Assembly: GCA_965603825.1 (NCBI GenBank)
Contig: CBFDEM010000020.1
Location: 744,001-808,000 of the forward strand
DNA from: Blepharisma stoltei ATCC 30299
Lineage: Eukaryota > Protista > Ciliophora
Direction: 5' to 3'
Length of the DNA stretch: 64,000 nt
Shown: positions 51,233 to 61,003 of the stretch, piece after piece
Layout of the letters: each line of letters begins with the position of its first letter
How positions within the stretch are numbered: the first letter of the stretch is position 1
Translations under genes and position numbers: made by a program
The notes under the pieces: model-generated
Seen by the model: the letters and a program-made list of their open reading frames with translations, nothing else
What the model was told of the DNA's origin: nothing
The model's database searches: none

Positions 51233-51868
51233 TTAATCGACATGCTGATGAAGAATTGCTGGAATAAGAGTGGACCATCCTAGCTGAATTTTTTCTTTCA
51301 TTGCATCCAAAATGTCTCCACAAGGATCAAGATTAACTAGATATGTAACTTTGCATCTAGTATCGCTAATCGGCTCAATATATAAAGTTGACAGATTGAG
51401 GGTTGCTCTAACGCATCCTTCTGTAATAGGCACTTCAGGCACTTCTAAACTCTTTTCAAATATGACATATGAGTTTCCTCTGGTCCTGTAATCCTGAATG
51501 TAAATAAATTCTCTATTGGTTACTGGCCATTTCATCTGGAGAACAATGAAAATTAATTTTAGACTGCCCTCTTCAGCGACGATTTCAGCACTGGCAGGAC
51601 CGTCATCAGCTATAGGGTTTACAAGGTTTCCTTTGCCCCATCTAGTTTCAAGAGGCATTGAGATGAAAAAGTTAAACATTTCTTCAGCAGAGTGAGCAAA
51701 CTCAGTTTCTCCTTTTCCTGCATGAACTGGGTTGTTAAAAAAAGGTCGAGTGTAAATCTTAGCATTGTGTTTTTCCTCTTCAAATGTCCACTCACTGTTC
51801 TTCAGCTGGTCTGATTCCTTTAATCCATTGCTGATAAGTGCATTTGCACGTGAAACCCAATCCTCCAT
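51233..51868 (-). CDS. START lipid-transfer domain protein
   Basis: KWPVTNREFI, KSLEVPEVP..GCVRA, CKVTYLVNLDPCGDI. Confidence 0.88.
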   Translation of the reverse strand: MEDWVSRANALISNGLKESDQLKNSEWTFEEEKHNAKIYTRPFFNNPVHAGKGETEFAHSAEEMFNFFISMPLETRWGKGNLVNPIADDGPASAEIVAEEGSLKLIFIVLQMKWPVTNREFIYIQDYRTRGNSYVIFEKSLEVPEVPITEGCVRATLNLSTLYIEPISDTRCKVTYLVNLDPCGDILDAMKEKIQLGWSTLIPAILHQHVD

Positions 51869-52149
51869 TTTATAAATAAACGCATAGAATATGATTCTGA
51901 TAGCATAAAAAAATTAAAATATTAATTTATTTGTTTCCTGAGGGTTATTTTTGTGCAAATTTAGGTCAGTTTATAGATTTTAAAATTAAATGATTATGAT
52001 TTAGAATTTTCATTAAAAAAACTCATAAAATAAAAAATCGAATAAATTCAGCTAATAAAAACTATCTTCAGTCCTTTAAGTTTGGTCACACAATACATTT
52101 AAGACTACCAAGTATTATACCGAACAAATGAATATATGACTTTATTAAA

Positions 52150-52545
52150 ATGGATTTAAGATATATATCTGGTAGAAATAGAAGAGTGCACGAAATGCTG
52201 CAAAAGAAAGGCTATGATCTAGAATCTTTATTTTCAGCTTCTGCTGAACTTATAAAATTAATCGAAGTTCTTCAGCTCCCTCGTCAAGACAGTTTAGGTT
52301 TTGTGGAACGCCTTAAAGATGCTTATGACGAGTCTCAAGGAAAAGAAGTCGAAGCTGAAGTTAGTAAAAAGAAATGCAGAGACAGGATTTCTGTTCAAAG
52401 TAAAGCTACAAATCGGATTTATTTTTTCAGAGCCACTGAAAATCCCAATCAGTTTGAATGTGAAAATTGTGAAGAAAGCGTCAAACTCAGTGATAGAGAT
52501 TTAATCTCACACATAAAGTCGAAACACAATGCTGGGGAAGAATAA
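52150..52545 (+). CDS. Small protein with C-terminal C2H2-type zinc finger
   Basis: FECENC...LISHIKSKH. Confidence 0.6.
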   Translation: MDLRYISGRNRRVHEMLQKKGYDLESLFSASAELIKLIEVLQLPRQDSLGFVERLKDAYDESQGKEVEAEVSKKKCRDRISVQSKATNRIYFFRATENPNQFECENCEESVKLSDRDLISHIKSKHNAGEE

Positions 52546-52728
52546 TGCGAATATGAAAGAGAAAATTAATTGCACTAGGTTCTTATAGATTTGGAATAAT
52601 TTCATTTGTTTTCATTAATGTGCAATTATAGTTATCAACCAGAAATAATTTAAGTATGTAGTCTTGATACTTTGTTTATTATAGAGACTTGCAAAAATAT
52701 TAAACATAATAACCTGATATTAATTCTA

Positions 52729-52992
52729 TTAGGATTTTTGCACATATGTTGATTGCACATACTGAAGCAGCCTTATACAAGTTTTAAGCTCCTCTTCCAT
52801 ATCCATGCAGCTGAAAGCATGATCTTTTTCTCTTTGCTCCTTTTTGCAGAGAATAAGTTTTCTCTTTAATGGCCTGCATCCCACTCTCAAAAGCTTTTCA
52901 TTAATATCATATTTATCCCTAGCTGAAGCTTTTCACCATTCAAGCCTTTCGTCTTCTAAAAGTCTGCTTATTTCTTACTGCTCTTTGTCCAT
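52729..52992 (-). CDS. Twin CX9C (CHCH) mitochondrial IMS protein, COA4-like (absent from ORF track)
   Basis: After splicing 52964..52978 and reading TGA=Trp: 82 aa with GC-RPLKRKLIL-C and C-MDMEEELKT-C. Confidence 0.8.
52964..52978 (-). other. 15-nt intron
   Basis: GTAAGAAATAAGCAG; in-frame TAA if retained. Confidence 0.8.
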
Positions 52993-53021
52993 CGATAAAA
53001 TTATGATATGTGATTTTAATA

Positions 53022-54071
53022 ATGGTAAAAGCAAAACTTAATTCTTTAGTACGCTCAACTGAGCACAATGACCTTTTACATATTCACATAAACCGACCGA
53101 AAGCATTAAATGCTTTAAACAAGAAAATCATTAGGGAAATTGCAAGCTTAGTTCGTGAGGCGCATAATCAAAGCAAAAATGTATTATTCACAGGCGAAGG
53201 AAGAGCTTTTTCTGCAGGCGGAGATGTGGTGAGCATTATAAAAGCTGATATAACCCCTGAAGAGTTTTACCAAGAAGAGTTTACCCTGATTTATTTTGTT
53301 TCCAGGATGCTAACTGAGAGAGTTGCCATCATGGACGGCATTGTTATGGGTGGAGGGGTTGGGCTATCTATGGCTTGCTCCATAAGAGTAGCGACCAATA
53401 ATACAGCATTTGCTATGCCTGAAGGAGCTATTGGCTATATCCCTGACGTCGGAGCTTCCTATTTTTTATCTCGTATGAATCCTCCAGAGCTTGGTCTTTA
53501 CTTGTCACTTACTGGTGAAAGACTGAGCGGCGTCGACTGTTATTTATTTGGCCTTGCTCAATACTATATAGAATGTGACACAGATTTAATCATTTCTGGA
53601 CTATACGAAGGGTCAATAGAAAACGTTTTACAAGTATACCACGTAAACCCAAGCTGAGAAAAGTCCTCAATTATCCCTTACTTAGACCAAATCAAGCAGT
53701 GCTTTATTATTGATGGTACCGTAGAACTAGTAGTAAAAAAACTCAGTCAATTAGACACCCCATGGACTGTAAAAACCTTACAAAAAATCCAAACAATGTG
53801 TCCGTTATCTTTGAAAATTTCTTATGAAGCTTTTAGGAGAGGAAAATCAATGACTTATAAGGACTGTCTAGCAATGGAATATAATTTAGTGGTCCAAATG
53901 CAGTCACAGAGGTCAATCAACTTTTTAGAAGGCGTCAGGCACAAGTTAGTAGTCAAAGCAAGCGGGACGCCAAACTGGGTCCCTGACGATTTAATCGAGC
54001 TCGGAGATGGGAGCATTCTTCCGTATTTCGCTAATAAAGAAGGTCCAAGACTGGAACTTCCTAGGCTTTAA
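53022..54071 (+). CDS. HIBCH: 3-hydroxyisobutyryl-CoA hydrolase (crotonase fold)
   Basis: INRPKALNAL, GRAFSAGGDV, MDGIVMGGGVGLS, FAMPEGAIGYIPDVG, CPLSLKIS, NFLEGVR..PNW.P; TGA at 53655. Confidence 0.93.
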
Positions 54072-54105
54072 CTAATTAAATATGAAATAATATTAAGGAA
54101 GAAAA

Positions 54106-55578
54106 TTACATTTCGTTTCCAATTAAATCAGTCGAAGCTAATTCGCCATTTTGGTCTTCTGAAGCATGCAGATTTTCCTTTGGAATCTTATTGATGATGC
54201 TTGATAAGCTCTTTTTTCTGCTTTCTAACAGGGTTTCAAGGGCTTCTTTTCTGTTAAGGCTTAATATAAGGTTAACTTGGTCTTTTATTTTTTCCATAAT
54301 TTCAGAAATTTTTACAGTTTTGTTGTCAGTAGATTCTATGTTTGCGTTGGTGAGGGCATTTATTTTATTTGAAAGCCTGTTTAGCCAGGTCTGGATTTTT
54401 ATTTTTTTTATTTGTAGATCCACTTTTTTGGCTTGGAGTTCAATCACATCTTTTCTTTTATTGTGGATTTCTCCTTTAACATCTACTAGGTTAGCAGGAA
54501 TTTCTGAGTTCTGTATAGCAAAATTTGTTACGAAATCTTGCATTTCGTCTATTTTTCGTCTATAGACATTGCATTCAGCTTCTTTTACCTTAACTGCGTT
54601 CATAAGCTCTTTATAAGTTTGCTCTTTTGTTAAAAAATTGCCTACAATAGATCCAATTTCTTGTAGTCCAGTAGAAATTTTTATTCTCTGATAAGCATTT
54701 TCATAAATGCTTGAATTTTGACGCTCATTTTCAAATCTTTGATTAATATAATTGTGCCACAATCTTTGGACCATCAAAGATTCTCTCAGCCTTTCATCTC
54801 TTTGGCTTCTGTCCTCTATAATTGCTCTTTCTAGCATATCCGCTCTTCTTTGTTTTCATTCATCTTTTCTTGCTACCCCAGCTTGTGCTGTCTGTATTCC
54901 TCTTTCAAGCTTATTCATCTGTAAACTTCTTTCTTTTTGGTCTCTATCCACAATATATTTAAACTGTTTTCACGCATAGTAGCTTTTAGATTGGGACTCT
55001 TTTGAATGGTCAACTCTAGAAATTTCGCTAAAAACTACTGAAATTTGGTTGTTTAAGCTGTGGTTTAGCTTCAGATATTTCATTTCTAGATGAACCCTAT
55101 TTTCTTTCATTCTCTTCAATATATGAATATATATTTCTTTGTTTTCATTTTCTTCTTTCTGTGAAACCAATGCAGCTTCTATACTTTTTTCAAGATTTTC
55201 TATCCGATTTTCGCTTTGTTTCATAAAATTGAGTTTTTTCCTTTCTCCTTGTTCTAAAGATTCAAGCTCTTTTTTCAGTCCTAGAAGCAAATTTGACCGC
55301 TTTGAGCCATGAAGACGATGCTTGTCAAAATTTGTTTTAAAAAGCCGCAGCTGAGTGTTGATTTCAGATTTTTCGTCAATTTTAAACTGAGAAGGGTCAA
55401 ATGTAATTGCAATAGGAGCATCAAGTAGCCTGGAAGTTTCTCTGTCCGTGATGATATCACTTAGCCGCCGCGTATGGTGTATAGATGGGTTTAAGGTCTG
55501 ATTCATACTCAAATGGAGAGGCCGTAGCTTTGGAGTTTTTGGGGCTGATTTTGGAGCAGTTATAGGGAAATGTATCAT
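54106..55578 (-). CDS. Coiled-coil protein, outer-dynein-arm docking complex (ODAD/CCDC114-CCDC151)-like
   Basis: Joined via TGA=Trp; YENAYQRIKISTGLQEIGSIVGNFLTKEQ resembles the ODA-DC signature. Confidence 0.6.
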
Positions 55579-55823
55579 ATAATTTATATATGAAAATTTT
55601 TATATTTTAATGTATTTAATTGCTTGAAGAAAAGACTTATTTAAAGAGTCAGGGTCTTTGAGGATGCCACCTAAGTCACCTATACAGAGTGCACAGGATT
55701 ATCAATGTAAATCGCCTATAACTGATAAAGATAGCAAGTATTGTCCTGGAGAATTTCCTAATAAATCTTAGGCCAAAAAAACATTTTATTTAAAATTTAA
55801 CTACTGTTCATTTTCATAAAAAT

Positions 55824-57362
55824 ATGAACTCAAGTCAATGAATAAAGACATTTTGTATAGTCTCATTTGATGAAGATTTCGGACAAAAACTTGAGTGGCA
55901 ATATCCTGAAATCTTCAATGAAGAACAGCAGCAGGCTATTGCGTTTTTAGCATTCCCTGATTCTAATTCAATGGATAAAATTGGAGACTCTTCATATGTG
56001 TTTAGAATGAAAGAAGAAAATTATTATGGATTTGTATATTTCCGTCAACAAAAGGATACAGGAAATAAACGAGGATACAATCAAAGATCAGTTATTTTAA
56101 TAACCCAAAATCCTTTTATATCGCTGTTTAGGAATATTATCAATATAATTGCCCCAGCTTATTTTGAGGAAGGGAGGAATATATTAAATAGCTCATGGGA
56201 AGAAATTGAAAGCTGGGGAAACTTAAACCCAGGAGAAACTAGAGAGTTTTCTATATTAGGATCGTCAGTAGCTTATTCTATTCCTTCAGAGTCCGAGCTT
56301 TCTTCTCTTCAAGCCTGTGGAAGCAATTTATCGATGAATTTAGACGTCGTGAACCAAGGATACCCTGGCCAGCTGCAGGATATAAATATATACCAAATTT
56401 TTGGGTCACAAAACATAAAAAAATATATTTGGAGGTTATGGGAAATTGTGGTTTTAGGGGAGCCTTTATTGATACTTACTAATTATCCAGAAACCTGCAG
56501 CCTTATGGTTCTGGGATTAGTCTCTTTATTATCACCTTTGAAATATGAAGGAAATTTCCATCCTTATTTTACTATATTTGATAGTGAATTCAGAGATATC
56601 CAACAGATGATAGAAAGCCAAAGCCAAAGCGCCGTCATTTTAGGCGTAACAAATCCCTTCTTTTTAAAAGTAACCATTATTTAGGCTCTCAATACTTGCA
56701 AAAATATTTTTGAATTCGAAGAAAATGGAGAAATTGTGCTAAAGTCAAGGATTTCTAAACATAAAAGCCTTATACATCCTATAAATCAAATTGTATCAGA
56801 ATTTCTTCAGAATGAGTCTGCTGAGACTTCAGCAATCAATAATTCCATAATCAGAAGGCATTTTCGGGAGCTAAACCAAGCTTTGCTTGACCCATTTTCT
56901 CAATACTTTTCCTTAAACCTGCAAAAGTTAAGGGAATCCCCATATATAGAAAGCCCAACATTCAAAGACTTCAGAGATTTTGAATTTTTAAGAGAAATTG
57001 GCTCATCAGACTCTACCGCAGTCCCGCTTTTTAGGTTCATTTCTAAGCAAAATGCGGTGAAATTTTACGAAAAATTCATCAAAACTTCTACATTTAACCA
57101 TTGGTTTGCAGAGCAAAGACAAAAAGCTAATGCGTCTGTCCATATTTTAGTACAAAATGCTATACATAATTTCGATTTAGAAAGGATTTTGCCAACTTTA
57201 GACAGAGAGCAATGCCTGCTAATTTATTCGAAAATAGAATCAAGAATTAAATATGAGGAAACAATTGAAAATAATGAAGCTGTTATAAAGAAGCTGAAAG
57301 ACCAACTAGAATTGTTGGCTAGGGCGCTCTTGAAACTTGACCAGGAATATGTGTTCATTTAA
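55824..57362 (+). CDS. DENND6: DENN domain Rab GEF (DENND6/FAM116-like)
   Basis: W(TGA)IKTFCIVSFDEDFGQKLEWQYP, LAFPDSNS, YGFVYFRQ..RGYNQRS, LWEIVVLGEPL, PYFTIFD, ILGVTNPFF; intron 56670..56684. Confidence 0.92.
56670..56684 (+). other. 15-nt intron
   Basis: GTAACCATTATTTAG; in-frame TAG if retained. Confidence 0.92.
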
Positions 57363-57425
57363 TTTTATGCAAATTTCTATTATTTATATATAGGTTTATA
57401 ATAATCTATTTAATTATATAGCTGT

Positions 57426-58103
57426 TTATCAGCCTAGCTTGAATGAATTAAGTCTTTTGGGAGGTTCAAGATAAGAGCTTCTTAAATTTTTTTCATTTTC
57501 GCCATGAAAATTGTTATTTTTTAAGAGGTATTCTCCGGTTGAGGAATAAGAAGAGCTATTATTCTTAAAAGGGTCATTTGATTTTATTCTTGGTTTTGGG
57601 GATTCGAATGCAGGCTTTTGCTCCAATTTCTGGCAGGGATAAGGATCAGGGGAGTTTTTGAACCTCGTTTCAAGAGATTGCCTTATTCTGTATTCTGGAG
57701 GAGTTTCAGAACGAAAATGCCGCCAGTTGTAAGGTGTTTTATAGTCTTGGAACTTGAAACTCTTTTGGGGAGTCTGAAGCTGATATGCAGATTCTGCTGA
57801 TTCATTTCGTGAGAAAATCATTTTTGGGTAATTTTTTTGAAAAATATTGTCGATGTTGTTTGCATAAATTTGTCCATAATCTGTGTCATCTTTTCATATT
57901 GGAGATTCTGTCCAATCTCTGTCTGGGGATTGAGATATTGGAGGTCTTATTGGAATATCATTAGATTTTTGTGTTTTTGGTAACTTTTTAGGTTTTGGTT
58001 CAGGCTCATATCAGTCTAATTTTAGATTGGAGTAACCTCCAGGGGCATAGTGTACTCTTACTGAAGTAAAATTTGTCCCATACTGAAAATTTGTTTCGCT
58101 CAT
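57426..58103 (-). CDS. Disordered protein with Jupiter/HN1/SPIRAL1-type PGG motif
   Basis: ATG at 58103; TSVRVHYAPGGYSNLKL near the N-terminus; frame continues via TGAs into ORF 57429..57821 and ends TGA-TAA. Confidence 0.7.
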
Positions 58104-58364
58104 ATATAATTCTTAAAATTTTATTTCTCAATAAAAAATTTTATTCTATAATAGCTCCTACATCACTATTTCTATCTTCTATTTATCCTAACTTATTTAC
58201 CAGTTCCTCAAAATCCTCTACTAATATAATTCAATTTTTTTCCTCTTCCTCTCCATTTCCAGTCATTTATTTTCAAATATAAACCGCATCCTTCTATAAA
58301 AACAACAATTGTTATATCAAAAATCCTCTTCCTTCAATATTATCTAAAAATCAAATAATTAAAC

Positions 58365-59828
58365 ATGGCATCTCCAAGACCTACAACTCAACGTCGTAAA
58401 GAAGACCAAGAAAAAATCTCTTCAAACACCCGTGACAAAGCCCAGCTCGCCAAATCTTATATCGAAGGCAAGTACTCCCGTCTTAAACAAAATGAAGAAG
58501 AGCGAAAAGACGGATGGCAAGAACTCACTACCAAAATGGACGAGCTTTCCTTATCTGTCACTGAGCGGCAGCTAATCAAGCAAGAAATCCTTCATCGAGA
58601 AGCCGAACAAATGCGCCAAAAAAGACAAAAAATCACAATTTTCGATTTTGAACCGATTGCGATCATCGGCCGAGGGGCTTTTGGAGAGGTCCGGGTGGTC
58701 CGCAAGAAAAACACAGGCGAGATTTTCGCTTTAAAAAAGATGGACAAAGCTGAAATGCTGCTCAAAAACCAAGTCCAGCACGTCAAAGCAGAAAGAGACG
58801 TCCTTGCGAACTCTGGAAATCCATGAATAGTAGAATTGAAATATTCTTTTCAAGACGAAAAATACCTATATCTTGCTATGGATTACCTTGGAGGCGGGGA
58901 TTTAATGACTTTATTAATCAGAAGAAACGTCCTAACAGAAGCTGAAGGACAGTTTTATATAGCTGAGCTTATTTTAGCTGTTGATTCCATACACAAAATG
59001 AATTATATACATAGAGATCTTAAACCTGACAATATTTTAATAGATAATCAAGGGCATTTAAAACTTTCTGATTTCGGACTGTCAAAGCACGCTGATATAA
59101 ACCCGAGTCAAAGCAGAGAAGCATTGAGAAAACTTGAAGAAGCTAGGATAAAAAGCTATGTGGAAAGGAGAAATGAGTTTCAGAGAAACAGAAAATTGGC
59201 TTTTTCGACGGTAGGGACACCTGATTATATAGCCCCAGAGGTGTTTTCTAGGCAGGGGTACACAGAAACAGTAGATTGATGGTCTGTTGGAGTGATTATG
59301 TTTGAAATGCTGGTGGGGTATCCGCCGTTTTATGCAGATAAGCCGAGAGATGTATGCCAAAAGATCCTTTCGTGGCAGAAATATTTTTCTATACCAAGAG
59401 AAGCCAGGCTTAGCAATGCTACTATAGATCTTATTAGAAAATTAATATGTGAACCCAGCACAAGGCTTGGTATTAGAGGTGTTGCTGAGATTAAGGCACA
59501 TCCGTTTTTTGCTGGGATTGATTGAAATAATATAAGAAGCAGCCAAGCACCATATGTCCCGGAGTTAAATGGGCCTACAGATGTGTCGAATTTTGAGCAA
59601 TATGAAGAGCTGGAACCGTTTTATCCGCCAGTTAGTAATAGAAAACGACCACAGAGAAAAGATGTGAATTTTATTGGATATACTTTTAAGCGAGAAGTAG
59701 AGTTTCAGCAGACTGGACTTACGTCAGCCTTGCAGGAGCTTGACTCAATTAAATCTACAACCTCAAGAGAAAGCCAACCAAAGAACTATATTCCTACATC
59801 AGAAGAGCTCTATAACGGTTTGACATAA
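58365..59828 (+). CDS. NDR: NDR/LATS-family AGC kinase (paralog 1)
   Basis: [47 protein letters not shown]; TGAs at 58824, 59277, 59523. Confidence 0.95.
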
Positions 59829-59871
59829 CTTTAAAGGATTCTAATAAATAATTTATATTGTGTGTAATTGG

Positions 59872-60972
59872 CTACATTATAATATTAAGTGGGACTTCGC
59901 CAACAATGTATAATTTCTTCGGCTCTGTTATGTATTTCTGCTTGATTATGCAAAATCCAATTGTTTTTTTCTGTATTGGGTGATAAACGATTGACAGAAT
60001 TGTTCCAGCCTGTCTTTTAAAGCCGTCAAAAATATTAGATCCATGCAGACCATGATGACTACCATTAATTTCGAATTTTACCAGCTTATCATGGTTTTCC
60101 TTTAATAGCAGCTGTTTAACAGCCTCTGCACCAATCCAACTAGTAGATTTTAGCTTTTCTTCAGTAAGTTTTCAGTTAACTTCTATTGGATTTATCGGCA
60201 CAATCAACTCCTCTTCATTCCAAAATCCTGCTTCAATTCTCATAATCCTTTGAGTTTCCAAGCTAGCTATCTGAGCTTGTTTTTTGCTTATTATTTGCAA
60301 AAAATCAACTAGCATTGGTATTTTTTCTGTTTTCATTGATATCAAAAACCCGCTATGTCTACTAAAATCAAGCCATGTAATAAACGCTCATTCATTATTA
60401 AAAGCTTTAAATGCAGTTAAGAAACAGTGTTTTGAGCTAAATGAGTACGGCCTAATATGCCTTAGTGCTGAGCCTAAGAAAGTTTTTGATTTGGGGCCTT
60501 GTATACTTATAAGACTCTCAGCTAGAGTTTCTACCTCCACATTTTTGCCTTTCTTGATAAAATCTTCTCTGCATTTATATATATACTTTTCTGTGTTTTT
60601 ATTAAAAGAAATAATGCGAGATGAGTCATCGTTCTGAGCTATAATAATTCTATCAAGAATGTGTCCATTATCATTTAACAGTAAAGAATGCGATGGGCAG
60701 CCTGGATACAAAGAGCTAAAATCTGAAACTGATATATGGTTAATAAACTCTAATCTATCTTTTCCAGAGATAACAACTTGCCCCATAGCTCCTTGATCAT
60801 ATATGACTGAATTATTCACACATGATAAATATTCGTCATCTATTTGGGTGCTGTTATAGAATCTTGGCATTCAATAGTCGTTTTTTGTTTCAAACCTCGC
60901 TTCTTTAAGTAAATGCATGTCATATAAAGGGGTTTTTAAACTTACAAATCTCTTTATGAGTCGTCCAGCCAT
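59872..60972 (-). CDS. Divergent GcvT/aminomethyltransferase-fold mitochondrial protein
   Basis: Presequence, KTPLYDMH..Y-W(TGA)-MP..Y, DQGAMG, SLLLNDNGHILD, ISIQGPKS, MRIEAG; TAG at 59872. Confidence 0.8.
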
Positions 60973-61003
60973 AGTAATATTAATTAGAATGGATTATTTA
61001 TAG

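Noticed and set aside
55640-55775. RNase P/MRP or telomerase RNA (GGAAATTCTCCAGG resembles CR-I)
   Set aside because: No matching CR-V/P4 partner and no telomeric template
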